From positions 1 through 55,084 of the IMG/VR virus record IMGVR_UViG_3300037194_000008: 55,084 bases of DNA; one strand, given 5' to 3'. Under the pieces are notes generated by a model. The model saw nothing but the letters and a program-made list of their open reading frames with translations. It searched no databases and was not told the DNA's origin. Each line of letters starts with the position of its first letter. The stretch's first letter is position 1. Below are positions 18,320-26,062 of the stretch, piece by piece. A program made the position numbers and the translations under genes. The stretch comes from a virus (lineage: Duplodnaviria > Caudoviricetes).

Positions 18320-18745
18320 ATGGGTCTTCAGACTCTGCTCAATGATCACACCGCAGCCTGCCGTGAGCTCGGCAAGGTCGAGCTTCACTTCCAGCAGGGC
18401 CATGCCTCGCAGGATGAGCTCGAAGCAGCTCGCGCCGCGGCTCACAAGACGCAGGCCGCCATGATCTTGGCGGTCAACGCCAAGCCCGCACCTCTGCCGG
18501 CCGAAGACCAGCCTGCTGGTCACGAGCACGACTCCTCGTGCGGTCACACCGCCGAGAACACGGTCAGGGTTGGTTACATCCTGATCGAGTCGTTCATCGG
18601 CGAGGACAGCGGCAACGTCCTCCACATGGAGACGCACGATGGGAGTCACAATCCCATCCAGTTCGACCTCGCCATGATGATGATGACCGAGGCAGCTGGC
18701 ATGCTCCTCGTCGAGATGTTTGGTAGCGATGGACCCGAAGTCTGA
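18320..18745 (+). CDS. Hypothetical protein
   Basis: 141 aa, GGAGG RBS, tight packing. Confidence 0.75.
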   Translation: MGLQTLLNDHTAACRELGKVELHFQQGHASQDELEAARAAAHKTQAAMILAVNAKPAPLPAEDQPAGHEHDSSCGHTAENTVRVGYILIESFIGEDSGNVLHMETHDGSHNPIQFDLAMMMMTEAAGMLLVEMFGSDGPEV

Positions 18746-18881
18746 GGTCGCCGTCGTCTCCATCCTCGTCGTGTTCGCAGCGATGTGGTTGCTGCTTCTC
18801 ATCGACTCCGGCCTACGCCGGATCGCAGCGAAGAAGCGACCACGTCACCGATCTTGGCGGTGGTACCACTACCGCTGGTAA
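18729..18881 (+). CDS. Small membrane protein (50 aa)
   Basis: MDPKSEVAVVSILVVFAAMWLLLLIDSGLRRIAAKKRPRHRSWRWYHYRW; one TM helix plus basic tail. Confidence 0.55.
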   Translation: MDPKSEVAVVSILVVFAAMWLLLLIDSGLRRIAAKKRPRHRSWRWYHYRW

Positions 18882-18952
18882 TACCTGGCCGGCCCCGCTT
18901 GCTCATACCTTGCGGGGCTGGTCAGCTCCAACCTCACACACAAGGAGTTGTC

Positions 18953-19390
18953 ATGGGCACACCTGCCCTCGTGCTGCTGATCATCACCGTGCTGCTCATC
19001 CTGGCTGCACTGTTCAGCATCAAGAAGTCCGACGAAGCGGGCATGCCCGTCGCCGGCGCACTCGCATTCGGTGCACTGTTCACGTTGGTCCTGACCTGCA
19101 TCGCAGGCTGGCTCACCTTCGCTCCCGAGTACCGCCTGTACAAGGCGAACATCGAGAAGCGGATCATCGTGACGCAGGCCATCGCCGAAGCGGACGCCGA
19201 CAAGGAGTACGCCCGCGGCGAGATCGAACGTGCCAAGGGCACAGCCTCGGCCAACAAGATCGTGGCCGGCTCGATCACCGAGCAGTACCTCAGGTACCTC
19301 TTCGTCAACAACCTCAAGCTGACCAAGAACCAGATCGTGTACATCCCGACCGAAGCCGGGTTGCCGATCCTCGAGGCAGGCAAGAGGTAA
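18953..19390 (+). CDS. Membrane protein resembling the C-terminal part of band-7/SPFH proteins
   Basis: ATG 18953 after AAGGAG; two TM helices then EIERAKGTASANKIV...YLRYL...IVYIPTEAGLPILEA. Confidence 0.7.
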   Translation: MGTPALVLLIITVLLILAALFSIKKSDEAGMPVAGALAFGALFTLVLTCIAGWLTFAPEYRLYKANIEKRIIVTQAIAEADADKEYARGEIERAKGTASANKIVAGSITEQYLRYLFVNNLKLTKNQIVYIPTEAGLPILEAGKR

Positions 19391-19501
19391 CGACCTCACG
19401 AACTCAGCCATCGTGGAAGCTGGCACCATCGACTCCACATCAGCGGCTTAGAGCCCACTGAGTCGAGCGCAACAGACTGCCACAGGCTGATGCTGTAACC
19501 C

Positions 19502-19512
19502 ACAACTGAATA
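19502..19512 (+). promoter_or_regulatory. ACAACTGAATA motif, copy 2 (boxA-like)
   Basis: Identical to 17864-17874; preceded by catcagc...gctgatg stem. Confidence 0.5.
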
Positions 19513-19551
19513 ACAATCGAATACCGAACACTCATCTCTGAAGGGAGAACC

Positions 19552-19800
19552 ATGGCCAAGGACCAGAAGTCCGAGAAGCCCAAGCGCACGGTCGCCACTC
19601 CGGCCGAGCGAGTTGCCAAGCTCGAGGCCGAGCTGGCTGCAGCGCGTGAGCGCGTGCACGCCAAGGACAACAAGCTCATCGCCGTCCTGTCCGAGCGCAT
19701 GGACAAGCGAGCCCTCAAGATCGAGGACCTCGCATCGAAGCAGGCCGAGGATCAGGTGGCGCTCGACGCCGCCCGTGCTCGCGTCGGCGCCGAGTCCTGA
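19552..19800 (+). CDS. Hypothetical coiled-coil protein
   Basis: 82 aa, GAAGGGAG RBS. Confidence 0.8.
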   Translation: MAKDQKSEKPKRTVATPAERVAKLEAELAAARERVHAKDNKLIAVLSERMDKRALKIEDLASKQAEDQVALDAARARVGAES

Positions 19801-20585
19801 TGACTGCGTCAGCGATCATCGCTGACGTACTCTCCGACCTCAAGGGAGACCGGCTGTACCTGGCCGGCTCCCTTGTGGCGGAGGAGACGTACGGTCTCAG
19901 CGATGCACACTCCGACGTGGATCTGTTCTGTCCGTCGAACAACCGCATGCTCTACACAATCGCCAAGCTCGAAGCGAAGGGCTACACCTTCGCCGACCGC
20001 TTCGATCGTGTGATCAGCAGGTGGCTGGACTACGACGACATGACCCGCAAGTGGCACACCAATAGCATGAAGATGCTGTCCCCCCATGGTGTTGAAGTCA
20101 ACCTTGTCTTCAAGAAGGTTGACGGCAACGCCACACGTAGCTTGAGCCAGGTGCTGGAGTCGTTCGACTTCGGACTCCTGGCCACGGGCTACGAGGTGGC
20201 CACCGGCGAGAAGCATGATCTGCGTCCGTACCTGTTCCCAGGTATGGATCTCAAGGGTCCGTTGCCCATGCTCCCGAACAAGCGGGACAACTGGCGCAAC
20301 GGATTCGTCAGCCAGTACAACGGGCTGCGTGAAGCCGGTCGATACGCCAAGTACTACGGCTACGGCTACGACATGTCGTTGGTCAAAGAAGATCTGGTCA
20401 CTGGGTACTGGGCAGCCAGCACCTACCTGGCCAGCACCTTCGACGAGGAGAAGAAGACGATGGCTCGGATCTACGAGGTCATCGCCGATCACATCTCCTT
20501 CGACAACATCGACCATCTCATCGAGGCGTACAAGGAGCTCGACTTCAAGGACGATCTCGATCGAATCATGGAGGCACTCGAATGA
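19800..20585 (+). CDS. Nucleotidyltransferase (Pol-beta superfamily)
   Basis: YLAGS-x-SDVDLF (hG[GS]...DxD) signature; later ESFDFGLLATGY recalls the DF motif of class II CCA/poly(A) enzymes. Confidence 0.75.
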   Translation: MTASAIIADVLSDLKGDRLYLAGSLVAEETYGLSDAHSDVDLFCPSNNRMLYTIAKLEAKGYTFADRFDRVISRWLDYDDMTRKWHTNSMKMLSPHGVEVNLVFKKVDGNATRSLSQVLESFDFGLLATGYEVATGEKHDLRPYLFPGMDLKGPLPMLPNKRDNWRNGFVSQYNGLREAGRYAKYYGYGYDMSLVKEDLVTGYWAASTYLASTFDEEKKTMARIYEVIADHISFDNIDHLIEAYKELDFKDDLDRIMEALE

Positions 20586-20719
20586 ACCCGCTTCATGAGG
20601 CACGCCTGGAATACCAGGCTGCTCTGAAGAGAGCGAAGATCCCTGAAGATACCCGGCGTTACCTCAACGACCGGATCGCTCAGAGGTTGAGCTCCCGCCA
20701 GAAGAGGCAAGCCCGATGA
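20582..20719 (+). CDS. Small basic hypothetical protein (45 aa)
   Basis: ATGA overlaps at both ends; MNPLHEARLEYQAALKRAKIPEDTRRYLNDRIAQRL... Confidence 0.6.
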   Translation: MNPLHEARLEYQAALKRAKIPEDTRRYLNDRIAQRLSSRQKRQAR

Positions 20720-20871
20720 GGGAGTTCGCCCTGGTTTACATCGTGGGCGCGCTCATCTTCACAGTCGTCCAGTCCTTGGTGACAGGCAAGCCTGATGTCT
20801 CCGAGTACACCTGGTTCTGGCTGGCTTTCGGCGCAGCCCTCGCACTTGTGCGAGTAGGTGATCGACGATGA
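20716..20871 (+). CDS. Small two-TM membrane protein (51 aa)
   Basis: MREFALVYIVGALIFTVVQSLVTGKPDVSEYTWFWLAFGAALALVRVGDRR; ATGA overlaps at both ends. Confidence 0.6.
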   Translation: MREFALVYIVGALIFTVVQSLVTGKPDVSEYTWFWLAFGAALALVRVGDRR

Positions 20872-21260
20872 CCCAGTACCACGAGTTCAAGAAACGGGTG
20901 CCGATCTTCGACACCCTGCCGAAGGCACAGCAACTCACGGTCGAGGACATCTACGCCTATTACGACCAGTTTCCGAACAATCCACGGGAGCGCCTGGCTG
21001 CTGACATTCAGCCACTCATCGCTCGGCTCACCGCCGGCGGTGGATGCAAGGTCGCAACCAAGTGGCCTCGGTTCTGGAACACCCGCAAGGGTGCCACTCC
21101 GAAGTACGGGCGATGCCGCATGCTCGTCATCCCTGGCGAGGATGTGTGCGAACTGCATGGTGGGTCGGATGCTGCTGCCTTCAAGAAGGAGCAGGCCCGA
21201 CTCAACCGCATCGCTCGTCTCAAGCGTGAGCTCGCTGAGCTCGAAGCAGAGGAGCCGTGA
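20868..21260 (+). CDS. Hypothetical protein, possibly Zn-binding
   Basis: 130 aa; C...C...CELHGG pattern, coiled-coil end. Confidence 0.75.
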   Translation: MTQYHEFKKRVPIFDTLPKAQQLTVEDIYAYYDQFPNNPRERLAADIQPLIARLTAGGGCKVATKWPRFWNTRKGATPKYGRCRMLVIPGEDVCELHGGSDAAAFKKEQARLNRIARLKRELAELEAEEP

Positions 21261-21451
21261 TGGCAGACGTCAACGAATCCATCCGTGTCACTCGTCCAAG
21301 CACAGGTCACCACATCGTCACGGTCACCGTGCGACAAGGTGTTGCCTCCTCGTCCTACAGCTACAAGACCACACAGTCTGGGCTGAAGGACGGGACGGCA
21401 CTGTGCCGGCGAGAGGCCCTGAAGAACCTGAAGTTGGTGACAGAAGCATGA
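21257..21451 (+). CDS. Hypothetical protein
   Basis: 64 aa, overlaps neighbours. Confidence 0.65.
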   Translation: MMADVNESIRVTRPSTGHHIVTVTVRQGVASSSYSYKTTQSGLKDGTALCRREALKNLKLVTEA

Positions 21452-21633
21452 CCCAGGTCAAGCACGTCAAGTCCGCTGTCCTCGTCGACGATGAGGACAG
21501 CGTGGTCACCGAGATCCCGCTTGGGGTCGACGTGCCCGAGGGCAAGACGCTCAACATCAGCTGGACCTTCCTGCCACTCACGAGTGAGCAGCTCAAGTCC
21601 ATCGCGCAACAGACGGAGGTGGATGATCTGTGA
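21448..21633 (+). CDS. Hypothetical protein (61 aa)
   Basis: ATG 21448 overlapping upstream stop; MTQVKHVKSAVLVDDEDSVVTEIPL... Confidence 0.65.
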   Translation: MTQVKHVKSAVLVDDEDSVVTEIPLGVDVPEGKTLNISWTFLPLTSEQLKSIAQQTEVDDL

Positions 21634-21770
21634 TCCTCGACCTCCGCATCGTGCTGTCTCAAGGGCAGGTCGGTCTTCTGATCGACGCACTCGACGAGAT
21701 CATCACGATCACCACCGAGCCAGGCATCGAACTCGATGTCACCCTGGCTGAGGTCAAGGTGATCGAGTGA
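21630..21770 (+). CDS. Small hypothetical protein (46 aa)
   Basis: GTGA overlap, GGAGG upstream; MILDLRIVLSQGQVGLLIDALDEII... Confidence 0.55.
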   Translation: MILDLRIVLSQGQVGLLIDALDEIITITTEPGIELDVTLAEVKVIE

Positions 21771-21967
21771 TGGAGGAATCGAACACCTGTCCTGATTGCA
21801 AGACAGAGCTCGATGGCGTCCGCTGTCCTGAGTGCGGCTGGCAGAATTTGTCGGCCGTCGAAGATAGGATGGTGGCACGAGCCTCGGTCCCCAACCTGGC
21901 CGCTCTTTACCGGCAAGGCAGGGACCAGGGGAAGATCAAGCCCACACCCAACTACGGCCAACTCTGA
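21767..21967 (+). CDS. Zinc-ribbon protein
   Basis: CPDC...CPECG. Confidence 0.7.
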   Translation: MMEESNTCPDCKTELDGVRCPECGWQNLSAVEDRMVARASVPNLAALYRQGRDQGKIKPTPNYGQL

Positions 21968-21997
21968 CCGTAGGTCCAACACAAGAAGGGAGATGCA

Positions 21998-22417
21998 ATG
22001 CCGAAGAGCAGCGCATCATTCACGCTGACCGATCTGGTCGGTGACCGCACCCTCGTCGAGGGGACGGACGCTCGTGGCAACACGGGCAGCACGGTCGTGT
22101 CGAACAAGGAGTGGCGCGAGATCGCCGGCACCTCCGAGTACAACAAGGCGACCGAGGCATTCGACGCGGCTGTCGACGAGTTCTTCAAGCCGCTGGTCGA
22201 AGCGGCCGAGGCGCTCGAACACTCCGTGGTCGCGCCGCCGTCGGACGCCGCAGCCTACGTCGTCCTCGAAGAGGGCGTCGAGGGTGTCGCAGCCAAGGAC
22301 CCGGTGATCGTCAAGCTGTCGCGCGACAGCGTGATCCTGCGCCTGATCGAGGAAGGCGGCAAGTCCGCTGATCGTCTGGCCTGGATCAACGACGAGCTCG
22401 AAGTCCTGGCGGCCTGA
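21998..22417 (+). CDS. Hypothetical acidic protein
   Basis: 139 aa, GAAGGGAG RBS, strongly biased codons. Confidence 0.85.
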   Translation: MPKSSASFTLTDLVGDRTLVEGTDARGNTGSTVVSNKEWREIAGTSEYNKATEAFDAAVDEFFKPLVEAAEALEHSVVAPPSDAAAYVVLEEGVEGVAAKDPVIVKLSRDSVILRLIEEGGKSADRLAWINDELEVLAA

Positions 22418-22424
22418 CGCAAGA

Positions 22425-22462
22425 AGAGGCCCGGTCACCTGACTCCAAGTGACCGGGCCTCT
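22425..22462 (+). promoter_or_regulatory. Intergenic 14-bp stem-loop without U-tract
   Basis: agaggcccggtcac-ctgactccaa-gtgaccgggcctct. Confidence 0.6.
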
Positions 22463-22515
22463 CGCGTCTGGAAGGGAGTCAGACGCCGCCTCACACACAG
22501 GAAGGGTAACACGCC

Positions 22516-23490
22516 GTGCTCGAGAAACTTCTCAAGCTCTACACAATGGCCATGGCTTACGACGTGCGTAGCCCTGTGCCTCACCTGTTCGGACCACCTG
22601 GATGTGGCAAGTCCACCGTGGCAGAAGAGCTCGCCGAGTTGGTCGGCAAGAAGCTGCACATCGTGAACGTCTCCCGGCTCTCGCCGTTGGAGATCGAAGG
22701 TGTGCAGATGCCATACACCGACGAGTTCGACAAGCAGAAGCTGGTGCTCCTGCTCGCCACCCTCTGGAACCAGCTCGAAGAAGGAGACATCATCCTCTGG
22801 GATGAGTTCCTCCGTGGGTTCCCCGAGGTGTACAACGCACTGCTCGACATCTTCACCTCTCGTGAGGTGGCTGGGCACAAGCTGCCCAACGTCTTCATGC
22901 TGGCCGCCAGCAACAGCACCGTGTCATACGACAAGGCGCTCGAAGACAGGCTGCTCCATCTGCCCGTGCCCGATCCTCGCAACAGCAGGATCAGGCAGAA
23001 GCAACTGGGTCAGCTGATCGTCGATGCTCTTGGCCTGATGCCGAACATGGCAGACAGCGCCGAGATGCAGGCGTTGCTCATCGCACACGTCATGCCCATG
23101 TACGACGTGCTCGATGAACTCAAGGGCAAGGGCAACTCGTCCAGCTCGAAGGGTGTCAGCGTTCGCAACATCATCGGCCAGTCGAAGCTTCGAGAGATCA
23201 AGCTTCGTGAGCTGAAGGAACTGCTGGTTGCCAACAACAACCTCGCCGTTGAGAAGTTCAAGGCACAGTATGTGTTCTTGCCCAACGGCAGAGATGTGCC
23301 CGAGGAGTACGAAGCTCAGGCCATCAAGCTTGCAGCCGAGGCGGACCAGCTCCGCGCCGACGGCAAGTTGTCCGAGATCCATGAACTCAACTTGGATCTC
23401 AACCTCCAGCTCATCGAGTTGGAGGCCGTTCGCAAGGAGAAGGGAGACGATGAGGATGACGATGTCTTCGTCGAGCCTGACCCATTCTGA
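22516..23490 (+). CDS. AAA+ ATPase (MoxR-like)
   Basis: Walker A GPPGCGKS, Walker B IILWDE, AASN, ALEDR; adjacent VWA gene. Confidence 0.85.
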   Translation: MLEKLLKLYTMAMAYDVRSPVPHLFGPPGCGKSTVAEELAELVGKKLHIVNVSRLSPLEIEGVQMPYTDEFDKQKLVLLLATLWNQLEEGDIILWDEFLRGFPEVYNALLDIFTSREVAGHKLPNVFMLAASNSTVSYDKALEDRLLHLPVPDPRNSRIRQKQLGQLIVDALGLMPNMADSAEMQALLIAHVMPMYDVLDELKGKGNSSSSKGVSVRNIIGQSKLREIKLRELKELLVANNNLAVEKFKAQYVFLPNGRDVPEEYEAQAIKLAAEADQLRADGKLSEIHELNLDLNLQLIELEAVRKEKGDDEDDDVFVEPDPF

Positions 23491-24424
23491 CCTGCGTTCC
23501 TCGCTGGATCTCATCGAGATCAAGCCGGGCGTGCGGTTCAGCAAGAAGGTCCTTCAGGATCTTCTGCCAGATGCGGAGACCGCACTGTTCTTCGGCAAGG
23601 TGTACGAGCTGGACTACTCCCAGCTCAGCAACCTGCTGGCTTCGGTGCTTCGATCCAACCTGGTCGACGTGTTGTTCCATGGCTCACACAGCACGGAGCT
23701 TCAGCACTACATCGTGGATGACCTGGATCTTCCGACCCACGTCAATCCCGGTGACATCTCCTTCGGTGACAAGGTCGAACCCAAGGGTGAGATCCTGCCG
23801 CAGATGTGGGAGCAGCTCGAAGTGGAAGTCGCTCAGTCCATCAAGGACGTGGCGGCCAAGCTCGAGAGCGTGGTCGGACTCCTGCCTGGCAAGCAGGGCA
23901 AGATGATCTTCTCGACGATGTTCAAGATGAACAAGCGTCGGCCGACCATAGGGGACTACCGGGCCAAGATCCATCACGATCCGGTGAAGGAGAACCTCCT
24001 GATCCTGGACGTGAGCGGGTCCATGTCCGAGCCCACGATCCGCGCCCTCATTGAGGACGTCGTGGCCCTGTCATACAAGGCCAACGCTCACATGGCCATC
24101 GTCTCGAACCGTGCGTTCCATTGGATCCCCGGTTCGTACTCAGTCGATGACGTGTTGCGTGAAGCCGAGTTCGGCGGCACGCAGTACGAGCAGCTGGTTC
24201 CGCTCCTCGAGCGGGACTGGGGCACGGTCATCACCATCGCAGATTACGACTCGTCGCAGTCTGCGAAGGATGCCATCGCGCGCAAGTGCGGCGGCTCCGT
24301 CGACACCGTGCTGGACATCAGCCTGGTCAACCAGCCCTCATTCCTTGCGGAGTGCGTGGGTCAGTTGGCCAGCGAGGTCCGGCCTCTGCTCATCGCTGGC
24401 GGCTACGGCGTCATGCGGTACTGA
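23450..24424 (+). CDS. von Willebrand factor A (VWA) domain protein
   Basis: MIDAS-type LILDVSGSM, GGT, ITIAD; likely start ATG 23450 after AAGGAGAAGGGAG. Confidence 0.75.
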   Translation: MRMTMSSSSLTHSDLRSSLDLIEIKPGVRFSKKVLQDLLPDAETALFFGKVYELDYSQLSNLLASVLRSNLVDVLFHGSHSTELQHYIVDDLDLPTHVNPGDISFGDKVEPKGEILPQMWEQLEVEVAQSIKDVAAKLESVVGLLPGKQGKMIFSTMFKMNKRRPTIGDYRAKIHHDPVKENLLILDVSGSMSEPTIRALIEDVVALSYKANAHMAIVSNRAFHWIPGSYSVDDVLREAEFGGTQYEQLVPLLERDWGTVITIADYDSSQSAKDAIARKCGGSVDTVLDISLVNQPSFLAECVGQLASEVRPLLIAGGYGVMRY

Positions 24425-24554
24425 GACGTGGTGGTGCCGGTGTCCTGTGGGGAAGCAGGCCCGGCACCATCACCCCCAATCCAATTGGTGAACCAGGAAA
24501 AAATTTTCCGCACTCACCAGTACCTCACAACCATCGAGATGAAGAGGAGGAAGC

Positions 24555-25226
24555 ATGGCTTCCAACCCGAAGAACGTGACCATCTACGGACGCTTGTCGT
24601 TCCCGGTGTTCACGGCGAAAGAGGCGTACGACAAGAGCCAAGGCTCCCAGTACCCGGCCAAGGAGATCTCCGAGGCGAAGCCCAACTTCATGCTGCTCGT
24701 CGAGCAGCCGCAGTTGGACAAGCTGCAGGCGCACATCCTCAACGAGTTCTTCCCGTACTGCCTTCAGCAGTCGAAGGACGGCGAGAAGAGCGACGTGCTG
24801 TCGGCGACGGAGATCAAGGACCTGACCAAGCAGGTCAAGGGTCCCGACTACGACGGTGTGTACAACACGCCGTTGAAGAACGTGCACGAGAAGTCAGCTG
24901 CGCTGGCTCCCGAGTGCGTCGCCGCGGTCAAGGTGCTCGGCACTGCCGGCACGGACATCGAGCTCAAAGCCATCGTCAATGGCGAGGACGAGCTCGTGGT
25001 TCCCGACCCGGATCTCCTGTCGTGGCCGGTCATCAAGCCGATCAGCGCAACGGTGCACTCGATGTACCCCGGCGCACTGGTCGCGGTGACCCTCAACCTG
25101 TACGCCTACCACAACGGCAAGTTGCCCGGCTTCAGCGCCGGCGCCAACGTCGCTGTGTTCAAGGCGAACGCAGATCGGTTCGGCGGTGGCGTTGCCATCG
25201 ACGAGTCGGAGATCTTCCTGGACTAG
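24555..25226 (+). CDS. Single-stranded DNA-binding protein (DUF2815/gp2.5-like)
   Basis: GRLSFP N-terminal motif, YPGA, acidic-aromatic tail DESEIFLD; SSB-nuclease-PolA synteny. Confidence 0.7.
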   Translation: MASNPKNVTIYGRLSFPVFTAKEAYDKSQGSQYPAKEISEAKPNFMLLVEQPQLDKLQAHILNEFFPYCLQQSKDGEKSDVLSATEIKDLTKQVKGPDYDGVYNTPLKNVHEKSAALAPECVAAVKVLGTAGTDIELKAIVNGEDELVVPDPDLLSWPVIKPISATVHSMYPGALVAVTLNLYAYHNGKLPGFSAGANVAVFKANADRFGGGVAIDESEIFLD

Positions 25227-25237
25227 GCCAGGTAGGG

Positions 25238-25304
25238 CGAGTGGGCAAGGTGCCGGCGCGGGCTGCAACACCCGCCGAGTCAGGTTCGAATCCTGACCAC
25301 TCAC
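25238..25304 (+). tRNA. Atypical tRNA-like element (Cys GCA-like; 8-nt anticodon loop, reduced D arm, no encoded CCA)
   Basis: T arm TCAGG-TTCGAAT-CCTGA; acceptor GAGTGG/CCACTC; anticodon arm GCGGG-CTGCAACA-CCCGC; intergenic. Confidence 0.6.
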
Positions 25305-25345
25305 GCAGCAGGGCAACAAGGCCCGACGCACAGAAGGGAGAGCGC

Positions 25346-26062
25346 ATGAAACCGGAACGGTTCAGCGCCAGCGTGGCAGGTAAGCACATGGCTTGCCACG
25401 CATCAGCCAACCTCGAGTTGGCGATACCTGGTTGGACGCCGCCGCCGGCCAAGTCCACCAAGGCAGCAGACGACGGCACCGATGTGCACTCCATCTTCGA
25501 ACAGATCTGGGAGTACAGCGCCTCGGACATCAAGCACATGGCCTCAGTCCTGGACTACGTGGCCCAGCTTCGATCGACTCGCCGCTTCAAGGTGATGGTC
25601 GAGCAGACCATCGAAGCAACGTGGTTGAAGAACCCAACCAAGACCACGCCGGACCTCGTGCTCTACACACAGGACGAGATCCATGTGCTCGACACCAAGT
25701 GGGGGAAGATCCCCGTCGAGGTAGTCGAGAACACGCAGCTCTTGTTCGGTGCGGTGACCGTCGGTCCACTGGCACCAAAGGCCAAGGGCGTGACGGGTCA
25801 CATCCTCCAGCCGAAGGCCGGGATCATGGACAGCTGGTACATGTCAGCTGATCGCCTGGCCCTGTTCATGGAGGACGCTCTCGCAGCAGAGGCAGCCATT
25901 GCCGCAGGGTCCACGCAGTTCGGACCATCGGACTACTGCACGTTCTGTCCTGCCAACCCGCACACTCGTGGTGCCAAGGGTGGCAGGCCGTGCTGTCCCG
26001 TGATGATGGAGCTCCTCTATCCAGGACGCGGTCTCGATGAGCAAGCGATTCTTGACCTCTGA
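25346..26062 (+). CDS. Cas4-like PD-(D/E)xK exonuclease
   Basis: ATG 25346 after GAAGGGAG; SAS...C, GTDVH, TPD...LDTKWG, QL, C-terminal CTFCP...C. Confidence 0.8.
   Translation: MKPERFSASVAGKHMACHASANLELAIPGWTPPPAKSTKAADDGTDVHSIFEQIWEYSASDIKHMASVLDYVAQLRSTRRFKVMVEQTIEATWLKNPTKTTPDLVLYTQDEIHVLDTKWGKIPVEVVENTQLLFGAVTVGPLAPKAKGVTGHILQPKAGIMDSWYMSADRLALFMEDALAAEAAIAAGSTQFGPSDYCTFCPANPHTRGAKGGRPCCPVMMELLYPGRGLDEQAILDL

Noticed and set aside
24428-25345. N-terminal extensions of track ORFs (24428.., 23228.., 18785.., 50928.., 38966..)
   Set aside because: They overlap other genes or RNA elements; downstream starts have clear RBSs and better coupling.
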